A stretch of DNA of 64,000 bases, taken from positions 1,376,001 to 1,440,000 of the forward strand of contig CAWFGO010000001.1 in NCBI GenBank assembly GCA_963815455.1, read 5' to 3'. Shown here in pieces: positions 49,721-58,232 of the stretch. The notes under the pieces were generated by a model, which was given only the letters and a program-made list of their open reading frames with translations, was not told the origin of the DNA and did not search any database. The stretch's first letter is position 1; each line of letters begins with the position of its first letter. Made by a program: the position numbers and the translations under genes. Source of the stretch: an uncultured Verrucomicrobiae bacterium. Its GTDB lineage: Bacteria; Verrucomicrobiota; Verrucomicrobiia; Chthoniobacterales; UBA10450.

Positions 49721-50416
49721 TTATGCCGCCTTCGGCATTAATGCCAGCACGCGCGCTTTTTTCGCGCCGTAGTCCAGAGAGCGAAAAACGCGGATCTCTT
49801 CGAGGCGGCGCATTCCGTTTAGGGTGTCGAGATAACGCGTGTAGCTCGAAGCGAGCTCGGTCGTTTCGAGATAGCGGCCGCGCAAATTGGCGTCGCGAAA
49901 TGCATCCGGGCAACTTCTGGCGAAGAGATGAAAGCGCAGCCAGCGGCGATCGGTTCTTGAAACGCGCTGCGTTTTACGGAAGAAGGCGACGAACAACAAC
50001 AGCACGAGATAGGTGTCCACCTGGGCCTGAAGCTCGAGGTTGCGTGCAAAATCTTCGGAAGCGATTTCGCGCGCGCCGCTCTTAAATTGAAGCGCGGCAT
50101 GAAGCGCGTGATTGATCTCTTCCACGAACATGATCAGGGAGCGAATATTGCGATCGGTCAGACCGGCCCGCGGATCATGACGCTCGAGCTGTTCGATTAA
50201 CCAGCGCGAATAATAAATCCCGACGTAAAGCCGGTCGCCGGTCCGGCGGAGAAAAGTGCGAGCCAGCTCGCTGAGCTCGCGAGCGGATCGTCCGGCGAGG
50301 ATCGACAACTGCGCGGAACGGTGCCGATCGATCAGGCAATCTTCGAGATTGATTCCAACCTGCGCGTAAGTGCGCTCGAACAACTTCTGGATTTGGCTGA
50401 ACAGGGTCTCGTTCAT
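49721..50416 (-). CDS. Hypothetical protein, 231 aa
   Basis: Clean ORF; EEINH and LELQAQVD motifs; ATGA overlap with upstream gene. Confidence 0.85.
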   Translation of the reverse strand: MNETLFSQIQKLFERTYAQVGINLEDCLIDRHRSAQLSILAGRSARELSELARTFLRRTGDRLYVGIYYSRWLIEQLERHDPRAGLTDRNIRSLIMFVEEINHALHAALQFKSGAREIASEDFARNLELQAQVDTYLVLLLFVAFFRKTQRVSRTDRRWLRFHLFARSCPDAFRDANLRGRYLETTELASSYTRYLDTLNGMRRLEEIRVFRSLDYGAKKARVLALMPKAA

Positions 50417-51105
50417 AGCAGGATCGAACCGGCTCCGGCGTCATCAAGCGAAAGGAGGCGATCGGAAAGCTCATTGAGAGCGAGCCGCACATCGTGGAAC
50501 CGGCCCGCCAATCCTTCGAACACGTCATCGAGTTCGCAGCGACGCGCGGTGGCGTGCGAGGCGACAAGTTGATAGTTAGTGCGGCCGACTTGTTCGTAGA
50601 ATTCGATGTCGGGCGCACCGCGCATGCTGCGGCGTTGGGTGTTCTCGTGAAAAATACCGCTAACGAATAGTGAGTAGTTTCCGGCATGAGCACGAAGCAG
50701 AAAGGCCTGCTCCGGCGTCGCTCGTTCCAGCGCGATGAGCATGTCGGAAATATATTGCCGGCCGCGATTCTCCTCGTTGTCCGGCGCGACCAGCCGATTG
50801 GCACGCGAAAATGTCTCCAAAAGTGAGCCGACGTAATCGGACAGTTTGCGATCGGCGATTCCGGCCTGTCGCAAAACATGCCGGGCCAGCACGTAGAAAT
50901 AAAATTGCGAAGAAATCCGCAGCTGTCCCGGGTTCGACAGGATCGCTTCCATCAAACCCGGATGATCGAGCACGGAATCGCGCGTTTCCGCGTCGCTGAG
51001 AAGATCGACAAGGGAAACGTGATCGGTCTTGGAACGGGCGAGGGTGCGGACGATAAAATCGAAATCCGTAGCGGTGAACCGCTCCCGACAATTCGCCCTA
51101 ATCAT
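50413..51105 (-). CDS. Hypothetical protein, 230 aa
   Basis: Clean ORF with SD AGAGGA; GNYSLFVSGIF, FYEQVGRTNY motifs. Confidence 0.85.
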   Translation of the reverse strand: MIRANCRERFTATDFDFIVRTLARSKTDHVSLVDLLSDAETRDSVLDHPGLMEAILSNPGQLRISSQFYFYVLARHVLRQAGIADRKLSDYVGSLLETFSRANRLVAPDNEENRGRQYISDMLIALERATPEQAFLLRAHAGNYSLFVSGIFHENTQRRSMRGAPDIEFYEQVGRTNYQLVASHATARRCELDDVFEGLAGRFHDVRLALNELSDRLLSLDDAGAGSILL

Positions 51106-51202
51106 CGCGTCCTCTTTTATACGATACCGACGAGACTGGAAGCAAGCTTGTTCGATGCCATGCGCGATTTGCGCCCGAGGCGCCGCCGGCTTTGGTTTGG
51201 AT

Positions 51203-51616
51203 ATGCGCAGCCCGATTCGCTTCCTCGCCTTCGTCCTGCCTTTTGCTTTCTGGTTCGGTTCGACGGCCTCGGCACTGACGCTGAATCTTCCTTACGGAAC
51301 GCTCACGCCCGGGTTTGGGATCAAAACGCGCGTGGGAACATTTGATCACGCCGTGCTCTACTCACCCTCTCCCGTCGTGCCGCCAGGCACGATACCGCCT
51401 CGTTTCCACGGACGCGGTGTTTTCATTCTCGATCTTAATACCGCCCGAGGAACCGTGAACGCAGCCCGCGTTTTCAAAAGCACAGGCAACCAACAGGTCG
51501 ATGCCGCCTTGGTCGTGGAATTGCAAAAATGGCGTGTGCGACCGCGAATGATCTACAAGTTGTACGTGCCGGTGACCGTCACGACTCCCGGGAAATTCGT
51601 CTTCGGGACGCCCTAG
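51203..51616 (+). CDS. Secreted TonB C-terminal-like protein
   Basis: Signal peptide; GRGVFILDLN..GTV...VFKSTGNQQVDAALV..LQKWRVRP. Confidence 0.7.
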   Translation: MRSPIRFLAFVLPFAFWFGSTASALTLNLPYGTLTPGFGIKTRVGTFDHAVLYSPSPVVPPGTIPPRFHGRGVFILDLNTARGTVNAARVFKSTGNQQVDAALVVELQKWRVRPRMIYKLYVPVTVTTPGKFVFGTP

Positions 51617-51626
51617 CCGAACTTGG

Positions 51627-54600
51627 CTAATTCGTTTTCGCCGGATTTCGATCCGGATAGGGCGGAATCGGCGGCAGGTCGTAACGCTTGGTCTTCAGCT
51701 CGTCCTGGATTTCCTGGATCCCGCGGTCGAGCTGCTGATCTTCGCCGCGGAATTCCTTGGCCGGATCGTTATCGACCACGATATCGGGATCGACGCCGTG
51801 GCCTTCGATGATCCAGCCTTTGCCCTCTTTCGAATAAGGCGCGAACTCCGGCTTGAAAAGATTTCCGCCGTCGGTGAGCGGCAATGGATTGCGAATGCCG
51901 ACTACGCCACCCCACGTGCGCTTGCCAATTAGTTTGCCCAGGCCTAACGATTTAAACCGGAACGGAAAAATGTCGCCGTCGGACGCCGAGAACTCGTCGA
52001 TCAACGTGACCATCGGACCGGTGAAGGTCTGCGATGGATCGGTTTGAGGCGCGCTGTTACGCGCCATCTCGATCATAACCAGCGCGCGCCGGAGTCGCTC
52101 GATCACGAGCGGCGAGACGAATCCGCCGCCATTGCCGCGCACATCGACGATGAGCCCTTTCTTGCGAATCTGCGGGAAATAATGCTTGGTAAACTCGTTC
52201 AGGCCGGACTGTCCCATATCGGGGATGTGAATGTAGCCGACTTCGCCACCGGTTTTCTTCGTGACTTCATCGAGGTTCTTTTGCACCCAGGCCAGATAAT
52301 AAAGCGGCGCTTCATCGGCCGTGGGCACGACGGTAATATCGCGCGCGCCGGCGTCGGCCGGCTTGGAATTGACTCGCAGAATAACCTGCTTGCCGGCGGT
52401 ACCGATAAGCGCGTCGTAAAGATTCGGCATACCGGAAACGGGCGTGCCGTTAATGGCGAGAAGATAATCGCCTTCCTTCACATTCAGGCCGATTTCCCGA
52501 AGCGGCGAGCGCGTATCCTTGTCCCAATTTTCTCCGGGCAAAATCCGGTCGATCCGGTAGGCGCGCGTGGCCGGGTCGCGCGAAAGTTCCGCGCCGAGAA
52601 GTCCGAGTTTGATCCGCGGGGTCTCCGGGCGTTCGCCGCCGGCGACGTAAGCGTGGCCATTATTCAACTCGCCGATCAGTTCGCCGACGAGATAAGTGAG
52701 ATCGTTGCGGTGATTCACGAACGGAAGGAGCGCGGCGTATTTGTCGCGCGTCGCTTTCCAATCGACCCCGTTCATGTTCGGCGCGTAAAAGAAATCGCGC
52801 ATCTGGCGCCAGCATTCGAAATAGATCTGATTCCATTCGGCGTGACGGTCGAGGCGCATGTCGAGGCCGGCCAGCTTGAGCTTGTAATCTTTTCCGCTCT
52901 TCTCGTCCTTGATCTCGATCTTGTCCTTGGGCAGATCGATCACGGCGTAATCCTTCTTGATCTTGACCAGCATCTTTTTGCCGTCGCGGGTGATTTCATA
53001 ACCGTTCACGTCGCCGTGCACGGTCTCTTTGCGATCTTCCAGACTGTAGGAACAGAGATGATATTTCCTGTCGCGACCGTCATCCTCATCGTCGTTGTCC
53101 TTCTCGTCGGCCAGGGTGTGACGAAGATAAAAGATCCGGCCGTCCACCAGTCGGAGATTGCTGTATTCGGCAGACTCAATGTCGAGCGCGGCGAGGCGGT
53201 CCTGAATGCCGTCGATGTCGATCTTGGTTGGCGTTGGCTTCTTATCTTTCGCGTCTTTTGATTCGCCCTTCTTGTCGCTCGATTTTTTATCCTCCGATTT
53301 TTTGTCGTCCTTTGATTTCTCCTCGTCCTTTTTCTTATCGCCTTTTCCCACTTCGTCGCTGCGCGGAGCGAGGGGCGACTCGGTTTCCTTGGCCAGCGTG
53401 ATCAGATAAACGCGGTCCAGATCGCGGTAAACGTTGGAGAAATCGGTCTGGCCAAAGATCGGCTTGAAATCGCGGCTCGAGGTCAAAAGAAGATATTTGC
53501 CATCATCGCTGAAAGTGGTGTTGCTGGCCGAATACCAGCTATCGGTCACGGCCACGGTCTTCTTGTTCGCTAGCGAATAGAGGTACGCCTTCTCGCCGTC
53601 GTTCTCCTCCGGTCGGGACCAGGCGATCCATTGGCTGTCGGGTGACCAATCGTAGCTGCGAATCTCGCCGAACTTGTCCTGATCGACTTCGGTCACGGCT
53701 TTGCTGGCGACATCGACATAGCGCAAACGCTGCAAACGATCGCTCCAAAGCAGCTTCTTAGAATCGGGAGACCAGATCGCTTGATAATAATATGTGTCGG
53801 CTCCCTTTGTGATTTGTTGTGGCTCGCCTTTGCCATCCTGCGACCGCACATAAAGCTCGTTCTCGCCGGTGGCGTCGGAATTGTAGGCGATCCATTTGCC
53901 GTCGGGCGACCAGACTGCGTCGCGCTCGTGGGCGTTGGATGTTCTGGTTAAATTGCGCGGCGTGCCGTCCCGTCCCGGCACGGAGTAAAGGTCGCCCCGG
54001 GCCACGACGATGACGCGTTGCCCGTCCGGAGCCGGAGTTACCGACTCGATATGTTTGGATGCATCGACCATCGAAGGACGCCCCGACGCGAAATCTTCCT
54101 TGATCTCGATCGGTACCGGCGTCGCCTGTCCTGTGCTCAAGTCGTAGCGCCAGACATAGCCGGCCTGTTCGAACACGACTGCGTCTTTGCCGATCGACGG
54201 AAACTTAATGTCGAAATCCTTGAACTGCGTAAGCTGTTTCGTGTTTTGGCCGTTCAAGTCGATCGAGAAAAGGTTCATTCGGCCATCCCGATCGGAGAGG
54301 AAATAGATCAGGTTGTCGGGACCCCACATTGGGCAAATGTCCTGCGCGGGGTTGTTGGTCAGGCTCTTCGTTTCACCGGTCTTGAAATCGTGGAGCCAGA
54401 CGTCGTCGGCCATGCCGCCGCGATAATGCTTCCAGGTGCGGAATTCCCGGAAGACCCGGTTATAAACCATCTTGGAATCGTCCGGCGAAAACGAAACGAA
54501 TCCGCCGCGCGGCACGGGCAACTGCTGTGGCAATTCGGTATCGAGGCCGACGGTGTAAAGCTGACCGATGAAGGAATCGAACGATTTTTTCCGGGTGCGG

Positions 54601-55031
54601 AAAACAACGAGCGGCTTGGTGTTTTCCCACGTCATCACGATATTGTTAGGCCCCATCCGGTCGGAAATGTCGTCCCGGCCGAGGGTTGCGGTGATGGTCA
54701 AGCGCTTTGGCTCGCCACCGTCGCCAGGCATCACATAGACTTCGGTATTGCCATCGTAATGCGAGGTAAAGGCGAGCTGTTTCCCGTCCGGCGAAAAATG
54801 AGGGAACGAAGCGTATCCGGGCCCGCTCGTTAGACGCCGCGCGATGCCACCCTCTTTGGCGACGGTGTAAAGTTCCCCGGCGTAGCAGAAAACGATCTGA
54901 TTGCCGTTCGTGGTCGGGAAACGAAGCAGGCGGGTGGTGTCGGGCAATTTTTGGTCCGCGCCTTGGCTGATCGACAATAGACCGGATGCAACAACAAGAA
55001 GCGAAAGGAAGAATCGAAAATGGATGCTCAT
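51627..55031 (-). CDS. Tricorn protease homolog (S41, beta-propellers + PDZ)
   Basis: LLRFP, WSPD repeats, GELNNGHAY, GYIHIPDM, DVRGNGGG, FSASDGD, GKRTWGG, EGHGVDPD. Confidence 0.96.
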   Translation of the reverse strand: MSIHFRFFLSLLVVASGLLSISQGADQKLPDTTRLLRFPTTNGNQIVFCYAGELYTVAKEGGIARRLTSGPGYASFPHFSPDGKQLAFTSHYDGNTEVYVMPGDGGEPKRLTITATLGRDDISDRMGPNNIVMTWENTKPLVVFRTRKKSFDSFIGQLYTVGLDTELPQQLPVPRGGFVSFSPDDSKMVYNRVFREFRTWKHYRGGMADDVWLHDFKTGETKSLTNNPAQDICPMWGPDNLIYFLSDRDGRMNLFSIDLNGQNTKQLTQFKDFDIKFPSIGKDAVVFEQAGYVWRYDLSTGQATPVPIEIKEDFASGRPSMVDASKHIESVTPAPDGQRVIVVARGDLYSVPGRDGTPRNLTRTSNAHERDAVWSPDGKWIAYNSDATGENELYVRSQDGKGEPQQITKGADTYYYQAIWSPDSKKLLWSDRLQRLRYVDVASKAVTEVDQDKFGEIRSYDWSPDSQWIAWSRPEENDGEKAYLYSLANKKTVAVTDSWYSASNTTFSDDGKYLLLTSSRDFKPIFGQTDFSNVYRDLDRVYLITLAKETESPLAPRSDEVGKGDKKKDEEKSKDDKKSEDKKSSDKKGESKDAKDKKPTPTKIDIDGIQDRLAALDIESAEYSNLRLVDGRIFYLRHTLADEKDNDDEDDGRDRKYHLCSYSLEDRKETVHGDVNGYEITRDGKKMLVKIKKDYAVIDLPKDKIEIKDEKSGKDYKLKLAGLDMRLDRHAEWNQIYFECWRQMRDFFYAPNMNGVDWKATRDKYAALLPFVNHRNDLTYLVGELIGELNNGHAYVAGGERPETPRIKLGLLGAELSRDPATRAYRIDRILPGENWDKDTRSPLREIGLNVKEGDYLLAINGTPVSGMPNLYDALIGTAGKQVILRVNSKPADAGARDITVVPTADEAPLYYLAWVQKNLDEVTKKTGGEVGYIHIPDMGQSGLNEFTKHYFPQIRKKGLIVDVRGNGGGFVSPLVIERLRRALVMIEMARNSAPQTDPSQTFTGPMVTLIDEFSASDGDIFPFRFKSLGLGKLIGKRTWGGVVGIRNPLPLTDGGNLFKPEFAPYSKEGKGWIIEGHGVDPDIVVDNDPAKEFRGEDQQLDRGIQEIQDELKTKRYDLPPIPPYPDRNPAKTN

Positions 55032-55219
55032 AGAAGTAAGGAGAGTGAAAGTCATCACACTGCCGTCGAATAAATCGGATGCAACTTTGATTTCATTCCA
55101 AGGCAGGCGGGCAGACGTTTACCAAGTTTAAAGACGCCGCCGGGCGCCGATTTTGGCTATTTTGTCTAGTTACTCATTAGCAATCCTGCGAGTTGCGGGC
55201 ACAAAACAGGAGGTTGTTA

Positions 55220-55462
55220 CTACCAGAGGCGCTTTTTCGCGAATGCGTGGCCTGACCCAGATTTGAGATAACGCTCAAAGGCTTCTGCCTTAGCTTGGTC
55301 GGCGAACGCAATATATGTCGTCAGTTTCCAAGGCCTGAACTTTGAAGAGTGGAAGGATTTTCCCGCGTTGTGCTCTCGGAGCCGTTTTTTGAGATCAGTG
55401 GTCATTCCCACATAACGTTCGCCTTCCTTAATGAGACTCTCAATTAGGTAAACGTAATACAT
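55220..55462 (-). CDS. Stand-alone GIY-YIG nuclease family protein, 80 aa
   Basis: YVYLIES...YVGMTTDLKKRLREHNAG...RPW...AEAFERYLKSGSG; SD GAAGGAGGG. Confidence 0.93.
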   Translation of the reverse strand: MYYVYLIESLIKEGERYVGMTTDLKKRLREHNAGKSFHSSKFRPWKLTTYIAFADQAKAEAFERYLKSGSGHAFAKKRLW

Positions 55463-55539
55463 CGTAGTCCCTCCTTCGCTGAAGCTTCGGAGGGTAATAA
55501 TATACTTGACCGACCGCTTCATTGGCATATTCTGCTCGC

Positions 55540-56534
55540 ATGAACGCACCCGAAACTTTGCTCGAAGCAGTCTCGTATTTCAGCAATCCAGAGAACGCTT
55601 TCCAGTTCTTTGTCGGCATTCGCTGGCCGCGTGGAGTGCGTTGTCCGCGCTGCGGTTCTGATAAGGTGACGTTCCTCGCAAACGCGAAGGTGTGGAAATG
55701 CAAAACTCCGCACCCAAAGCAAAAGTTTTCGGCAAAGGTCGGAACGATCTTTGAAGATTCGCCGATTGGCCTGGAGAAATGGCTTCCCGCAATGTGGCTC
55801 GCCGCTAACTGCAAGAACGGAATCAGTTCTTACGAGTTGCACCGCGCGATTGGCGTAACGCAAAAGACCGCTTGGTTCATGTTGCAGCGGATTCGGCTGG
55901 CAATGCAGGACGACTCTATCGAGAAAATGAAAGGCCGTGTTGAAGCCGATGAAACTTTCATCGGCGGACTGGCTCGGAACATTCACAAGAATAAGCGCAA
56001 AGTTCGTGGAACAGGTGGAATCGGTAAGGAACTGCCGTGATTGGACTCTTGGAACGCAATTCGCCGAATCAATCCTCTCGGGCGTTCGTTGCAAGGTTAT
56101 TGAGAACGTGCGCCGTCATCATGTCGATTCGCTGAGGTGCGCGAGAATGTCGAAAAGGGGACGGATAGTTTTCACGGATGCTCTGGATTCCTACAACCAG
56201 CTTTCGGGTGAATACGTCCACAACGTAATCAATCACGCTGAGTGCTATGCCAAAGGACACGTCCACACTAACGGGCTTGAAAACTTTTGGTCGCTCCTGA
56301 AACGCGCGCTGAAAGGAACCTATGTAAACGTTGAGCCTTTTCATTTGTTCGGGTATCTCGATGAACAAGCGTTTCGGTTTAACGAGCGCAAAGACGACGA
56401 CCAAGGGCGATTTGTTAAGGCGCTCGGCGGCGTTGTGTGGAAAAACTTTGAAATATGCCAAGCTCATCGCGGCAGAGGGTGGTGATGGCATTCAATTTCC
56501 GAGACGTGGCAAACGGCATAGCAGCATTTCATGA
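55540..56534 (+). CDS. IS1595-family (ISXO2-like) DDE transposase, frameshifted
   Basis: RWPRGVRCPRCGS zinc ribbon, GTIFEDS, GISSYELHR.IGVTQKTAWFM, VEADETFIGG, FTDA, HTNGLENFWSLLKR, YLDEQAFRFN over several frames. Confidence 0.93.
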
Positions 56535-56639
56535 TCTATGCGCAGCGCGACTAGCAATGATAACTCCGATAAAGATGCCGAAAAACAATCCGACCGCGCC
56601 GAAGACAGCGCAAAGAAAACGACTAGCGGCCGAAGTAAT

Positions 56640-57446
56640 ATGAGCGGCTTCATATCGTTTCTGTTCAGCGCGATCGTGTTCGTCATTACATTTGGGTTCG
56701 TTCTCGGATACATGTTCAAAGGTACTTACCAAGGTTACGTCGCTAGCATGTACTGGGGATTCGCAGCATATGTCGCCGCTGGCGTCGCTATCTTTTCGGG
56801 GTTTCATTATTTCGTCCTTGCGCCGTCCAAGGCAAATACGCCGCGATTGTCCTTCTCCGTTGCACAGGAACTTGCGATTACGAGTCAAAAATATGACAGT
56901 CCATCGTTCTGGTTTGGATTCGAGAACGGAACCCAAATGTATTTGTCGCCTGTTAGTGATGTCATGTACGTCCGATTGACTAACGGACTGGAATCTAAGC
57001 CACTTCTCATTGATTCCTATTTCCTTGAGGTTCGCGTTTCTGGCAAGCCGTGGAAGTACGCTACCCGTTTTCGGCAGCGCGATATTGAGCGAGGGAAAAT
57101 ATTCTCGACTTTTCTTCAAAACGGTCCCGCTAACTCTGTGGAAGTGACGGAAACGGTTCCACAATTCGAGCAAGTTATTAGAGAGAAAAACATTGGGGCT
57201 GGCGAAACTGTCAGAGGATTGATTTTTGTCGAACGCCCAGCGGGTTACGACGCCCACCCCGACGCCCGCCAGTGGCGACTTACGATTCGGGACGTGAATG
57301 GCGCAGAGGGGAATGCAGTAATAACACGATCTACTATGCCGCGCGGGGACGACTCTATTACTGAGCTTTATTTCAAGCCTGGCAAACGAACCGATATTAC
57401 TGGAATGACCTTCATTCTTTACAGCAAAACAGGTCGTTATCGTTAG
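56640..57446 (+). CDS. IS passenger: hypothetical protein with two N-terminal TM helices and a soluble domain (alternative start 56538)
   Basis: Two hydrophobic segments then ~200-aa beta-rich-looking domain; visibly more AT-rich than flanks. Confidence 0.8.
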   Translation: MSGFISFLFSAIVFVITFGFVLGYMFKGTYQGYVASMYWGFAAYVAAGVAIFSGFHYFVLAPSKANTPRLSFSVAQELAITSQKYDSPSFWFGFENGTQMYLSPVSDVMYVRLTNGLESKPLLIDSYFLEVRVSGKPWKYATRFRQRDIERGKIFSTFLQNGPANSVEVTETVPQFEQVIREKNIGAGETVRGLIFVERPAGYDAHPDARQWRLTIRDVNGAEGNAVITRSTMPRGDDSITELYFKPGKRTDITGMTFILYSKTGRYR

Positions 57447-57470
57447 AGACGAACCGCATAAACAAGTGAC

Positions 57471-57641
57471 ATGAAGAACACTGAAACACGCGAGGAAACG
57501 CTTGCGCGATTGGCTGAGGATTCCAGCGAAGGAAAGACATCGGCCAAACGATTCGAGGCCCTGGTTAGGCGGGTAGCGAAAACGCCAACGCCAGCAGTAA
57601 GAGCCAAGGAATCGGACACATCGGAAGCAGCGAGCGAATAG
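57471..57641 (+). CDS. IS passenger: small 56-aa ORF
   Basis: Manual translation MKNTETREETLARLAEDSSEGKTSAKRFEALVRRVAKTPTPAVRAKESDTSEAASE*. Confidence 0.55.
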   Translation: MKNTETREETLARLAEDSSEGKTSAKRFEALVRRVAKTPTPAVRAKESDTSEAASE

Positions 57642-57817
57642 ACCTTTCGCCCTGTCACGGCGGCAGCGGCACAATAGGCCAACCGCACGGTCGGTCAAGT
57701 ATATTATTACCCTTCGGAGGGCGTCCTGCTTCCCGCAATCGTGCATCGCTTTCCTGCCGAGCGCACTGTGGTTCGAAGCCGGCGCCAGTTCTGCGAAGCG
57801 CGTAGCGCGAAGCAGGA

Positions 57818-57904
57818 CGGAAGGGGTGGGATTCGAACCCACGGTGGGTTACCCCACGCTCGATTTCGAGTCGAGTGCCTTAAACCGGACTCAGCCACCC
57901 TTCC
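57818..57904 (-). tRNA. tRNA-Ser(CGA), CCA not encoded
   Basis: GGAAGGG acceptor, CTCGA-CTCGAAA-TCGAG anticodon arm, long variable arm GTGGGGTAACCCAC, GGTTCGAATCC. Confidence 0.97.
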
Positions 57905-58094
57905 AAATTTGGCAAAGAAGAAAGCGCCCAACGATCCGAGCCGGACGGGCGGTTAACGTCCAACATCCAAGGCCCAATGCAAACGCCATTTGCCCATGCG
58001 ACGGCAGGATGCTCATCCGTTTCATCCGCGTAATCCGCGGTCTGCCTGAGCCCCAAAAAATGTTACAATTTTTGTCTTGCCGCGTTTGCCCTTT

Positions 58095-58142
58095 CCACTG
58101 CATATTGTGCGTCCGCCCGGGAGGCTCCGCTATTACTTGTTG
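58095..58142 (+). promoter_or_regulatory. Candidate NrdR box(es)
   Basis: CCACTGCATATTGTGC resembles acaCwAtATaTwGtgt; weaker match CCGCTATTACTTGTTG 32 bp downstream; upstream of an RNR gene. Confidence 0.5.
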
Positions 58143-58232
58143 TTCACCGGTATTTCCGACTGTTCACAGGTTATTAGCGTCGCTGTTCACCGGTATTGAC
58201 AACAATTAACAACCTGAACCCCCCTCCCAATC

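Larger units (their letters stand above)
55493..57711 (+). mobile_element. IS1595-family element with passenger genes, 2219 bp
   Basis: Perfect 24-bp TIRs GGTAATAATATACTTGACCGACCG (55493..55516; 57688..57711); 8-bp TSD CTTCGGAG (55485..55492; 57712..57719). Confidence 0.96.

Noticed and set aside
52044..53261. Long antisense ORFs (also 38211..39227, 61446..62669, 59457..60239)
   Set aside because: Shadow frames opposite well-supported genes in GC-rich DNA
56529..57842. 437-aa minus-strand ORF
   Set aside because: Starts inside tRNA-Ser, crosses the IS boundary and is antisense to the passenger gene
57905..58232. Cobalamin riboswitch upstream of nrdJ
   Set aside because: No recognisable B12-box or GGGAA core; only NrdR-like boxes seen
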